DNA of 56,003 bases from Candidatus Nanoanaerosalina halalkaliphila (GCA_022729335.1 JALDAE010000001.1:1-56003); one strand, 5' to 3'. Positions 16,285 through 25,545 are shown, counted from the first letter of the stretch. Translations and numbers: made by a program. Notes: generated from the letters alone by a model not told the origin.

Positions 16285-16813
16285 AGAAACTAGGAACAAG
16301 TTAGAAGAATTTGAGGAAGACCTTGATCATCGTCAGAAGAAATTATACAGTTCCTTTAAGTTCCTAATAAAGCTATTATTACTATCCATACCACTATACA
16401 TACTTCTATATATCGAATGGGATCCTGTTATGCTTAGATCTTTCAAGGCTTCGGTTGTGGGACAGATTGTTTCTTTCTTAGGTTTAGAGATTGAGCAGTA
16501 CTCTACCTTTGTGGTTACCGAGCGTTTCACGCTCGATGTAACAAGGGACTCGACGGCATGGAAATCAATGCTTGCCGTTGCAGCACTGGTGCTTGCCACA
16601 GAGTTCAGGTGGAAGAAAAAAATCAAGGGAGCTGTTATAGGGGTGGTTTTTGTTTTCGTCGTTAATATCATCAGAATATCCTCTATGATATTCATGGTTA
16701 TCGTTCTAGGTTTCAGTTATGAGATGGTGCATACATTTCTGTGGCGGTGGGGTCTGACCTTTTTCATATTTCTTTACTGGTATTTCTGGTTGATCAAAGA
16801 AAGAAAGAGTTAA
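16277..16813 (+). CDS. Multi-pass membrane protein, exosortase/archaeosortase-like but without any cysteine
   Basis: Four to five hydrophobic helices. FTLDVTRDSTAWKSMLAVAALVLA resembles the CSG-region of exosortases, VFVVNIIRISS matches the N-x-x-R motif, and HTFLWRWG is a His-containing distal motif. It overlaps DUF460 by 8 nt. Confidence 0.4.
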   Translation: MFEETRNKLEEFEEDLDHRQKKLYSSFKFLIKLLLLSIPLYILLYIEWDPVMLRSFKASVVGQIVSFLGLEIEQYSTFVVTERFTLDVTRDSTAWKSMLAVAALVLATEFRWKKKIKGAVIGVVFVFVVNIIRISSMIFMVIVLGFSYEMVHTFLWRWGLTFFIFLYWYFWLIKERKS

Positions 16814-16815
16814 TC

Positions 16816-17613
16816 CTATGCCGTGTGAGTTGAGAGGTTTCCCTGATACTCTACAGTCTCTTCACCGATATTCACCTCTTCAAAGTCCAGAGGAAGGTTT
16901 TCGTCTCCAAAACTTTCCTCGGTCCCGAACGCTCTAAAAAACATGTTGTTGTATCTGGCTATACTGGCTTTATTTTGATACGATTCCTTTGAATTGTACA
17001 TTGCCTTGTCGGCCATGTGAGTCAGCGCTTTTGAGATAGATTCTTTGTTAACTTCCGAACCTCCATCATACGAAGCTATACCGATACTAACATCGTAGTC
17101 CACCATATCCCTATCGACACCTTCCCATACCTCATCAGAGAGAATATCGTCATAAATCCTTTCAACAAAGTTCAATGTTTCATCCTCGTCAATACCCTCT
17201 AAAATAACAGTGAACTCATCTCCCCCATATCTGAAAGCTTTGTCATAGTCTCTGCTATCTGAAGAAAGTTTATCAGCAACCTTTCCAATTACCTCATCCC
17301 CCTTACAATGTCCATATATATCATTAACCGCTTTGAAATTATCAAGATCTAAAACAACAAGAGAAATTTCTTCTTCAAAACGATCAGCCCTTGAAACAGA
17401 TGTTTTGAGGTCTTCGTAAAACTTGTCAGAATTATATAATCCTGTCTGGCTATCTCTCTGGTTCATCTCCTTCAGTTCTTTATTTTCTGACATAACATTT
17501 TCATAGGACTCCAGAAGATTCATCATTACTTTCTCCTTCTCTTCTTCCGAATACCTTCCTTCATCCATATTTCTTCGGATACCGGGCAAATAACCAGAAC
17601 ATTTGTTACTCAT
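16816..17613 (-). CDS. GGDEF-domain protein (diguanylate cyclase), stand-alone
   Basis: DSQTGLYN, LVVLDLDNFKAVNDIYGHCKGDEV, RDYD (RxxD I-site) then KAFRY-GGDEF (codons at 17212-17226), and ADKAMYNSK. Confidence 0.85.
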   Translation of the reverse strand: MSNKCSGYLPGIRRNMDEGRYSEEEKEKVMMNLLESYENVMSENKELKEMNQRDSQTGLYNSDKFYEDLKTSVSRADRFEEEISLVVLDLDNFKAVNDIYGHCKGDEVIGKVADKLSSDSRDYDKAFRYGGDEFTVILEGIDEDETLNFVERIYDDILSDEVWEGVDRDMVDYDVSIGIASYDGGSEVNKESISKALTHMADKAMYNSKESYQNKASIARYNNMFFRAFGTEESFGDENLPLDFEEVNIGEETVEYQGNLSTHTA

Positions 17614-17914
17614 ACCTAGTAATACGTGACGCTGATATATAAATGTTACTATTCAGTAACAACATATGATGTTTTTTAAAAATTGCAGGAAAAACCGCCC
17701 GAAAGCCCTTAAAAACAAATTTTTCAAAAATTTTCTGGCAATTATTCGAAACATTTCTTCTCGACCATAGGATAGAAAAACAACGTCCACGTCCTTCATG
17801 AACAAAAAAAGATATGTTGTCATCATTTAGCAATAACTAAATAGGTCTTATCAGGTAAAAAACAGCGCTAATAACTACAAATTTTTATATGGAACAATTA
17901 CTTAACTAAATAAT

Positions 17915-20518
17915 ATGACAGAACAGGAAGACCCAGAGGGAAAAAAAGGAGATGAAAAAACAGAGGGCAATGATGAAAAGATTGACCAGTTAAAAGACCT
18001 CATGAATTCCAACAATAATAGCGGTAATGGAGAACCGTCAGAAGATATTAAAAACACGCTTGAAGATTTTGACAAGAAATTAAAGTATCTTTACACCCAA
18101 TTCAAAAACCTAAAGGAAGAAGTCGACGAAATAGAATCTCTTAAGAGCAATTTAAAAGAATTGGAGGAGAGAGTGAGCAGTATTAAGGAAGGAGGTTCTT
18201 CCGGAGAAGGAGTATCCGAAGGGTTCAAGGAAAAACTTGAAGACCTAGAAGAAAAGATTTACATTCTCAGAGACAAGGTACAGGAGATAAATGAGGGTTC
18301 AGAAGGTGAAACCGATAGTGATACACTTGATAAAATCAAGGAAAAACTAAAGGAGATTGACGAAAGAACAAAAGAAAAAGACGAAAATAGACTTGAAGAA
18401 ATAGAAAAAGAAATAGAGGACCTCAAAACCAAGGAAGAACAGGATGACTTCGACAAAGAAGATTTAGAAGATAGATTAGAAGTACTGGAAAAAAGGATAG
18501 GAAGTTCAGAAGAAAAAGAAGACATAAAAGAGAGATTAGAAGATCTTGAAAATAAAATAAACGAAATAAAAGAAAGCGGAGTTCAGGAAGTAGAGATAGA
18601 AAACCTCGATCAGAAGGTAGAGGAGCAGATAAATCAGAAAATAGATGAAAACGTTGAATCAGGCTCGAAAGAAGAGATTAAAGAGATAAACAAAGATCTC
18701 GAAAACACGAAGGAAGAACTGCGAAAAATAAAGGAAAAAATAGATGAAGGATCCGGAGAAAATAAATCAGAAGAAATAGAAAGCAGTATTCAAGATCTCA
18801 AAAATAACCTGCCAGATGAAGAAGAACTAGAAAACATCAAAGAAAGTACTTCAAAGATAGAAGAACTGGACGAACGCATCAAGGAACTTGAAACAAACAT
18901 TAAAGGAATACCCGAAAAAATAGATACTCTCGAGGAATCATTTGAAAAAATCGAAGACCGGTTTGGCGAGTTAAAAGAAGTTGACGAGGAAAAAATAAAG
19001 AAAGAGATAGAAAGAAAACTCAAAAAACAGGTCAGAGATCTCAGGAACGAGTTCGAAGATATCAAAGAACAAAAAATCGATGACGTTCTTCGAATTCATT
19101 TATCGAAGGAGATAGATAAAAGAGCTAATTTAGAGGACAAGAAAGAAGAAGTACAAGAAGCAAAGGAGAACCTTGATAATATTTTAGACAGCATAAAAAG
19201 CAACATAGACAAGAAAGACCTGTCAAATGAGACCATTAAAAGAATCTTTAATGCGTTCAAGAAAGAAAGAGAGCTTTACGAAACCATGCAGACAGATCTA
19301 GACAATCTAAGAACAGATCTGGAGGACTGGACGCGAACCGCAAATTTTGAAATTAGTGAAGAAGTAGAAGAAAATGTTGAAGAGGAGCAAGAAAAGCTTA
19401 AGAACCATCTCAAAGAACATGTAAAAGAAGTAGAACAGGATCTTATCGAAGAGATTAATCAAGAAATAGAAAATCTTGAGGAGTCAAAGGAAAGAATAGA
19501 AGACGAAGTAGAAGACCTAAAGCAAAAGAAAAAACAATATTCGGATGAGATAAAGCAGACATTGGAGGGACAGGTACAGCTCGTTGAAGAGACCAGAAAA
19601 GAACTCGAAGAAAAGATCAACAGCAGGGAAGATGAAATATTTGAATCCCTTGAAGATCTTGAAGAAGAACAAAAAGAACTCGAGGAAGAAATAACTCAGA
19701 AACTGAAAGGTAAAATAGAAGAACTGGAAAAAAGAAAGGAAGAACTATCGGAAGAGAAAGAAACACTCAAAAGAGAGGTTATAGAAGCTCTAGATGAAGA
19801 AATCAAAGAATTTGAAGATGTTAAAGAAAGAATTGACAAGAAGATAGATGACAAGATCGAGAAAGTTTCCGAGAACCTCAAAAAAATTGGAGAGGAGAAA
19901 GAATCTCTTGTCCAAGAAGTGAAGGAAACTCTCGAACACGAGACAAAGGAACTCGAATCAGACTTTGAAACACTCAAGGTAAAAATTGAGAAACAGAGAG
20001 AGCGACTAGACGGAGAATTCACCAGAAAAATGGAGGAGTTCTTCTCACAGAAGGAAGAAATAGTGCTTGATATGGAGTCAGAGATACAGGAAAAGCTTAA
20101 TAATATTGAAGCCGAGAAAGAGGTCTTCAAGAAGGAGATTGGTGAGTCTGTAGAAGAATCTCTTGAAGAAGTAAGAGATAAGCAGAAAGAACTGAGAGAT
20201 CTAGAGCAGGTACTCAAGGACAAGGAAGACGCAAGAATAGATAAGATAGAGAAACTGGACAGTAAAACAGACAAGATTAATATGAACCTCACCAAAGTGG
20301 AGCAAGAGATGGATCAAATCAGGGAACGTAGCAGAAAATACGAGAAGAAACATGCAAATTTGAAAAACAGTATAGAGGACAATGAAGGATCTATAACTCA
20401 GCTGAAACAAGAAATTCAGGAAATGAATGAGGAATTACGTAAGAACAGGAAAAAGATGGAGTCAATCGAAGAAAAAATTGATAATTTTGAGAAATCCAGT
20501 CCTACAGTAGTTGATTAA
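17915..20518 (+). CDS. Very acidic 867-aa coiled-coil protein (E/K-rich), function unknown
   Basis: Heptad-like E/K/L/I composition is nearly continuous. I see no Walker motifs, signal peptide or TM segment. Confidence 0.65.
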   Translation: MTEQEDPEGKKGDEKTEGNDEKIDQLKDLMNSNNNSGNGEPSEDIKNTLEDFDKKLKYLYTQFKNLKEEVDEIESLKSNLKELEERVSSIKEGGSSGEGVSEGFKEKLEDLEEKIYILRDKVQEINEGSEGETDSDTLDKIKEKLKEIDERTKEKDENRLEEIEKEIEDLKTKEEQDDFDKEDLEDRLEVLEKRIGSSEEKEDIKERLEDLENKINEIKESGVQEVEIENLDQKVEEQINQKIDENVESGSKEEIKEINKDLENTKEELRKIKEKIDEGSGENKSEEIESSIQDLKNNLPDEEELENIKESTSKIEELDERIKELETNIKGIPEKIDTLEESFEKIEDRFGELKEVDEEKIKKEIERKLKKQVRDLRNEFEDIKEQKIDDVLRIHLSKEIDKRANLEDKKEEVQEAKENLDNILDSIKSNIDKKDLSNETIKRIFNAFKKERELYETMQTDLDNLRTDLEDWTRTANFEISEEVEENVEEEQEKLKNHLKEHVKEVEQDLIEEINQEIENLEESKERIEDEVEDLKQKKKQYSDEIKQTLEGQVQLVEETRKELEEKINSREDEIFESLEDLEEEQKELEEEITQKLKGKIEELEKRKEELSEEKETLKREVIEALDEEIKEFEDVKERIDKKIDDKIEKVSENLKKIGEEKESLVQEVKETLEHETKELESDFETLKVKIEKQRERLDGEFTRKMEEFFSQKEEIVLDMESEIQEKLNNIEAEKEVFKKEIGESVEESLEEVRDKQKELRDLEQVLKDKEDARIDKIEKLDSKTDKINMNLTKVEQEMDQIRERSRKYEKKHANLKNSIEDNEGSITQLKQEIQEMNEELRKNRKKMESIEEKIDNFEKSSPTVVD

Positions 20519-20552
20519 CGTTTCAAAAAAATAAAACGAAGAAAGAGGGGTT

Positions 20553-20801
20553 TTATTCCTCCTCTTCTAAGAGTTCGTCCTTTATTTCTGAGATTTCCTC
20601 AAATATGTGTATCTGAATGATCGAGCTCAATAGCATTGATCCAATCATCAGGATCATGAGAATAGCAAGGACGATATACCCCATATCCATCGCTGTCCCA
20701 ATTCCTGATAGGATGATGTATCCCACAATAACCAGGATACCGATGGCGAAAGTTATGTAGCCCTTAAGCATGCTTAAACCAAACATTTTAGCACTACCCA
20801 T
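20553..20801 (-). CDS. Small membrane protein with an acidic C-terminal tail
   Basis: 82 aa with two to three hydrophobic helices and the tail EEISEIKDELLEEEE. Confidence 0.45.
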   Translation of the reverse strand: MGSAKMFGLSMLKGYITFAIGILVIVGYIILSGIGTAMDMGYIVLAILMILMIGSMLLSSIIQIHIFEEISEIKDELLEEEE

Positions 20802-20857
20802 TAGAAAATTGATTCTATTCCTATTTAAAATTTATCAAATAAAAAGAAAAAAGGTGC

Positions 20858-22786
20858 TCAGTCCACAAAACTGAGCTCAAGAGATTTTTCATCTATCTCT
20901 TTTTCAAGGTGTTCTCTGAACTTTTCTACAGATACATCCCTGATCTCCTGTTCGTTCCGGTCACGTACTGACACAGTACCGGATTCAGCCTCATCTCCTC
21001 CTACTATAAGCATATATGGTACTCTGTCATCGTGACAGGCCTGTATCTTCTTTCCAAGCGTCCATGACCGGTCTTCAACTTCTACTCTGAAATCCGATAG
21101 TTTTTCCTTGACTTCATGGGCATATTCGAGCTGTTCATCGCTGACAGGCAGTATCCTCACCTGTTCAGGTGCAAGCCATGGCGGGAAGTTTCCTCCAAAG
21201 TGCTCGATCAAAACACCCAGGAATCTGTCGTAGCTTCCCAGAAGAGCCCTGTGTATCATCACGCATCTGTGTTCATCGTTATCCTCTCCCTTGTAATTAA
21301 GGTCAAATGCCTCGGGCATGTTGAAATCCAGCTGTATCGTTGGACCGTCCCATTCTCTGCCTAGTGCATCTATCATTGCAAAATCAATTTTAGGGCCATA
21401 AAATGCGGCATCCTCGGGCTCTAATTCGTATTCAGCTTCTGATTCTTTTAGAACCTCCTCCAGCAGGTTCTCGGATTTTTCCCATATCTCGTCGCTACCC
21501 ATGTATTTCTCCGGGTTCTTCGTTGCTAGTTTAACCTTGAAATCCATACCCATTGTTTCCATTATCTCCACTGCCGAATCAAAAAGCTTTGATACCTCTT
21601 CCTTTATCTGATCAGGCCTTACATAAAGGTGGGCGTCATCCTGTGTGAATCCCCATAGCCTGAAAAGACCTGAGAGCTCTCCTTTCTGTTCTCTTCTGTA
21701 AACCGTTCCGTCCTCGGCATACCTGATAGGTAGATCTCTATAGCTTCTTGCCTCGCTCTTGTATATTAGACAGTGACCAGGGCAGTTCATAGGTTTCATG
21801 CCGTATTCTTCGTCATCAACATCCATCAAAAACATGTCATCCCTGTAGTTCTCGTAGTGACCTGATTTTTTCCAAAGCTCTGTCCTGTAAACATGAGGAG
21901 TCTGTACCTGTACGTGTCCCAGCCTCTCGTTTATGTCATGCATGTAGGACCTCAATTCATCGATCATTTTTTTGCCGTTTGGTCCGAAAAGAGGAAGTCC
22001 GGATCCTGCGATCTCGTTTATCTGGAAGAGACCCATCTCCTTGCCTATCTTTCTGTGATCTCTTTCCTTGGCCTTTTCCATTCTTTCCATGAAGTCTTCA
22101 AGGTCTTTTTCGGAAGTAAATGCCGTTCCATAGATTCTTGTATGCATCTCGTTTTCTTCTTCCCCTCTCCAGTATGCTCCGGAGATGCTAAGGAGATCAA
22201 AAGCTTCAACTTTTCCTGTTGAACTCACATGAGGGCCTTTACACAGATCTATGAAGTCTCCATGTCTATAAAACGTGATTTTTTCTCCGTCGGATTCAAG
22301 TTCACCGAGTAGTTCTCTCTTGAAAGGCTGATCAGAAAGTATCTCTCTTGCCTCTTCCGGGGTTTTTTCAATCCTTTCTAGTTCATGGTCTTTCTCTATA
22401 ATGGACTCCATCTCTTTTTTCAGCTTTTCGAAGTCATCCTTGTCCAATTCCAGATCTCCGAAATCGTAGTAAAATCTATCGTTGTCCGCCCATTTTCCCA
22501 TTCCTAACTTGACATCATCGAATATGTTCATAACTGCATGAGCGAGAACATGGGATGCAGTATGCCTCATTACCTTGAGGTAATCTTCAGAGCTTTCTGT
22601 TATTATCTCTATAGTCCCTTCTCCGGTGATCTCGTGCTCCTTTGCGACTATATCACCATTTATTTTACCAGCAACACAGTCATCACCTAGACCTGTACCG
22701 ATGCTGTATGCTACTTCTTCTACAGTTGTACCTCGTTCAAATTCATTTTTCGATCCATCTGGAAACTCTAGTTCTATCTTTGGCAT
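20858..22786 (-). CDS. thrS: Threonyl-tRNA synthetase
   Basis: TGS-like N-terminus (MPKIELEFPDGS...), editing-domain HTASHVLA, class II core (FRLWGFTQDDAHLY, GPTIQLDF, MIHRALLGS) and an anticodon-binding tail. I prefer the ATG at 22786 (MPKIELEF). Confidence 0.92.
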   Translation of the reverse strand: MPKIELEFPDGSKNEFERGTTVEEVAYSIGTGLGDDCVAGKINGDIVAKEHEITGEGTIEIITESSEDYLKVMRHTASHVLAHAVMNIFDDVKLGMGKWADNDRFYYDFGDLELDKDDFEKLKKEMESIIEKDHELERIEKTPEEAREILSDQPFKRELLGELESDGEKITFYRHGDFIDLCKGPHVSSTGKVEAFDLLSISGAYWRGEEENEMHTRIYGTAFTSEKDLEDFMERMEKAKERDHRKIGKEMGLFQINEIAGSGLPLFGPNGKKMIDELRSYMHDINERLGHVQVQTPHVYRTELWKKSGHYENYRDDMFLMDVDDEEYGMKPMNCPGHCLIYKSEARSYRDLPIRYAEDGTVYRREQKGELSGLFRLWGFTQDDAHLYVRPDQIKEEVSKLFDSAVEIMETMGMDFKVKLATKNPEKYMGSDEIWEKSENLLEEVLKESEAEYELEPEDAAFYGPKIDFAMIDALGREWDGPTIQLDFNMPEAFDLNYKGEDNDEHRCVMIHRALLGSYDRFLGVLIEHFGGNFPPWLAPEQVRILPVSDEQLEYAHEVKEKLSDFRVEVEDRSWTLGKKIQACHDDRVPYMLIVGGDEAESGTVSVRDRNEQEIRDVSVEKFREHLEKEIDEKSLELSFVD

Positions 22787-22946
22787 ATTAAAACCTCTTT
22801 CGCGTAATTTTCTAGAAATTTTTCGGGAAAAATACAATTAACAAAATTTAGAAATACACTACTAAAATCACCGCAGTGTAAGACATCCACCCTTCATTGC
22901 TAACATATTTGAACCACTATTTTTAAAAAGGTTTTGAGTATTTCCC

Positions 22947-24176
22947 TCAGCTCCATAATGCTACTCTGAAAGGTTTCATAGTGCGGTTACCTGTCTCTTG
23001 AGAAAGTACAACAGGATACTCAAGGACAAATACATCCTGGCCGGAAGGTATGTTCATTCCAACAGAGAAATCATCCACCACAGTGATATTGTAACGCATG
23101 TCATCTGCTCCTATGCTTCTTGCAGCTGTATCAGATTCCATATCCTCAAATTCGGACAAACTGGCATTTGATAGACCCGAAAACGTCCTTGGAACAGAAA
23201 GTTCCTCAAAACCCGGTTCAAAGAAAACAGTTCTCATACTTTCGAAATCCTGTTGTTCTCCATAGTAGAAGAGCGAGTCATCTGATCCAAATGATATGTC
23301 AAGAACAATATTTCCGTTTTCAGCCTCGCCGTTCATTACTTCCATGTCCCTGCTGAGGAAGTAAAAAGGTTCGGAACCTCCTGTCAGGTTGAAGAAATCA
23401 TAGTTTTCGTTATCTATTTCCTCGCCCTCAGAGAAATCAACATGTTCAACGTATCCCTGATACTGTCCGAAGAACCCCTCCTCATAACCTTCAGAGAAAT
23501 TAAGCGTGATTTCTTCGTTACCTGACATCTTTACTATACTTGAATCCGCAAAAAACCTTACGGAAACATCGCCGTAATCAAAGTATTCTCTTAAGCTTCC
23601 CGAATAAACATCTGGATCGCTCGAAAAACCAAAGTTCCCTTCAAATATCTTATACGTTTCAGAACCGTATTTTTCAAATCCTTCATCCTCCATATCAGCT
23701 TCAAGACCCATATCATTCGTTACAACATCATCACCATCAGAATATACTTTTTCATCAACATCCGGGTTTTCAAGCTCTTTTGATTCACTGAAAAGCAACT
23801 CGTAATTGTTTGTAAAATCAGCAAGAAACACGGTCTGATTCATCCTATCAAAAAACTCTGCTGTGGTATTTATACCGTTCTCCAGTACTCTGGAATGGTT
23901 TGAAAGAGGGTAACTGGTAGAGAAATCTAGCTCAACAGGATAATCCTCTACACCCGAAACATGGCCTCCTACAGAGTATAATTCGTACTCCCAGCTGTTC
24001 ATAGAAACAAATCTATCTCCAGCCATCATCGAAGAATCTCTGACCTGTTCTCCAAATGGACTGGCAGGAATCGAGAGATTTACAACATACATTATACCTG
24101 TGACAACCGTGATGACAAATATCGACATCGCTATAGCAAAGTCGACACCTACTGTCTGTCCTTTTCTGAACCCCAT
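22947..24176 (-). CDS. Pilin-like protein with a class III signal peptide
   Basis: The N-terminus MGFRKGQ|TVGVDFAIAMSIFVITVVTGIMYVV fits the [KR]G-Q prepilin peptidase motif plus a hydrophobic helix. The remainder is acidic and has no family I recognise. Confidence 0.5.
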   Translation of the reverse strand: MGFRKGQTVGVDFAIAMSIFVITVVTGIMYVVNLSIPASPFGEQVRDSSMMAGDRFVSMNSWEYELYSVGGHVSGVEDYPVELDFSTSYPLSNHSRVLENGINTTAEFFDRMNQTVFLADFTNNYELLFSESKELENPDVDEKVYSDGDDVVTNDMGLEADMEDEGFEKYGSETYKIFEGNFGFSSDPDVYSGSLREYFDYGDVSVRFFADSSIVKMSGNEEITLNFSEGYEEGFFGQYQGYVEHVDFSEGEEIDNENYDFFNLTGGSEPFYFLSRDMEVMNGEAENGNIVLDISFGSDDSLFYYGEQQDFESMRTVFFEPGFEELSVPRTFSGLSNASLSEFEDMESDTAARSIGADDMRYNITVVDDFSVGMNIPSGQDVFVLEYPVVLSQETGNRTMKPFRVALWS

Positions 24177-24225
24177 AACAGAAAATTGAAGAATTCTGTA
24201 TAAAACGTTTATCGAAACAGCTTTT

Positions 24226-24756
24226 TCACGGCGTTATCCTCTCAACTTTGTAGTAAGTAACTCCTTTTTCGGAATCAACTACACCCCACAGCATGGTTGA
24301 TCTGATGTTCTGGGCAAGTCTTACAGCTCTTGACATCTCTGAAAAAGAAAGTGAGTGATCTTCCGGTACTGCATGAACCACCCATTTCGTGTGCTCTCTC
24401 TGGGACTTGGGCCCTTCCTTGTAGGGATTCACACCCCTGGGATAAACCCTGAAGTGGGCTCCAAACTTGAAACCTGATTTTAAAATATAGCCTCTTTCTC
24501 TCAAATCCGAATACACAGCATACTTCTGCTGGAATTCTTCGTCAAGCGAGCAAAATCTGTTGAAAAGATCCTCTTTTTCTATCGGTCCATCATCATCGGA
24601 AACCTCGAGTTCGTTTCTTTCAACAAGATGCATTGCCTCACTAAGAGAAAGATCCAAATGATCCTCGAATATTTTACCGTAGTAAAGGTCATCGTGGATT
24701 TCTTCGTAATCCTCCCATACCCTGACTCGGTTCTGCAAAAGATTTCCCTTTATCAT
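24226..24756 (-). CDS. endA: tRNA-splicing endonuclease (short, about 176 aa)
   Basis: YAVYSDLRERGYILKSGFKFGAHFRVYP...HTKWVVHAV...MSRAVRLAQNIRSTMLWGVVD matches the EndA catalytic domain. Confidence 0.88.
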   Translation of the reverse strand: MIKGNLLQNRVRVWEDYEEIHDDLYYGKIFEDHLDLSLSEAMHLVERNELEVSDDDGPIEKEDLFNRFCSLDEEFQQKYAVYSDLRERGYILKSGFKFGAHFRVYPRGVNPYKEGPKSQREHTKWVVHAVPEDHSLSFSEMSRAVRLAQNIRSTMLWGVVDSEKGVTYYKVERITP

Positions 24757-24795
24757 CAGTAAGAAAAAGAGAAACCGAGATTTAAAAAAACAGCT

Positions 24796-25545
24796 TTATG
24801 CACCTATTTTCTCGGCATCGTAATCATCCTGGCCAACAGGTCTGTAATCCTTAATCATCTTTTCAACAAGAGAAAGATCATAACCCCTCGACTCACAGAC
24901 CCTGAACATCATGTCGGAATACTTGCTCTCAAAAATATCGAACTCTTCATCTTCTTTGGCACAGTACATGGCCTTATCAGCAAGATTAAGGAGACACTCC
25001 GACACAATCTCGGAATCAAATCCCTTCTCAGTATCATAACCTGCAACACCGATCGAAACACCGTAATCCAGATCTTTTTCCTCCCAAACCTCTTCCTGGA
25101 CAATACTATCATAGATTCTTCTGGCAAAATCCCTTGCTCCCTCACCACCAGAATCCTCCAACAAAACAGCAAATTCATCACCTCCATACCTTGCGGCAAT
25201 ATCTTCGTCCCTTATATTATTTTTTAAAACTTCACCAACGTTCTCAATAACTTTATCACCTACACAGTGACCGTACCTGTCATTTAAGCTCTTAAAATTA
25301 TCAAGGTCCAAGAAAACAAGAGAAAAATAACTGTTATCGTCATCCCTTTTATTGTTGCTGTAGCTTTCCTCAATCTTTTCAGCTACCTTATCAACAAACT
25401 CGGGACCCTCCAGAAGACCGGTACGAGAATCAATATTCTCCGAATCCTCCAGGAGTCTCTTGATTAGTTCATCTTTTTCCTCTTCAGAATACTTTCCTTC
25501 CTCAAGATTCCTCTCTATACTGGGCAGACAACCACTGCTCACCAC
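24796..25545 (-). CDS. GGDEF-domain protein (diguanylate cyclase), stand-alone paralogue
   Basis: DSRTGLL, LVFLDLDNFKSLNDRYGHCVGDKV, RDED (RxxD) then IAARY-GGDEF (codons at 25171-25185), and ADKAMYCAK. Confidence 0.85.
   Translation of the reverse strand: MVSSGCLPSIERNLEEGKYSEEEKDELIKRLLEDSENIDSRTGLLEGPEFVDKVAEKIEESYSNNKRDDDNSYFSLVFLDLDNFKSLNDRYGHCVGDKVIENVGEVLKNNIRDEDIAARYGGDEFAVLLEDSGGEGARDFARRIYDSIVQEEVWEEKDLDYGVSIGVAGYDTEKGFDSEIVSECLLNLADKAMYCAKEDEEFDIFESKYSDMMFRVCESRGYDLSLVEKMIKDYRPVGQDDYDAEKIGA

Noticed and set aside
17606-17833. A 75-aa minus-strand ORF lies in the 300-bp divergent intergenic region upstream of GGDEF gene 1.
   Set aside because: It would overlap the GGDEF start codon. 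It has no SD and no homology, and its composition is that of AT-rich promoter DNA.
18259-20410. Several minus-strand ORFs of 69-199 aa lie inside the coiled-coil gene (18259-18525, 18790-19065, 19696-20295, 20201-20410).
   Set aside because: Most of their translations are S/L/F-rich low complexity. This is the mirror image of the GAA/AAG/GAG codon bias of the sense strand. All are fully nested antisense to a long coherent ORF.
17915-20518. The coiled-coil gene as a DNA-level tandem repeat or minisatellite.
   Set aside because: The purine-rich GAA/AAA/GAG texture is compositional. I could not find a fixed-period exact nucleotide repeat, and the protein modules vary in length and sequence.
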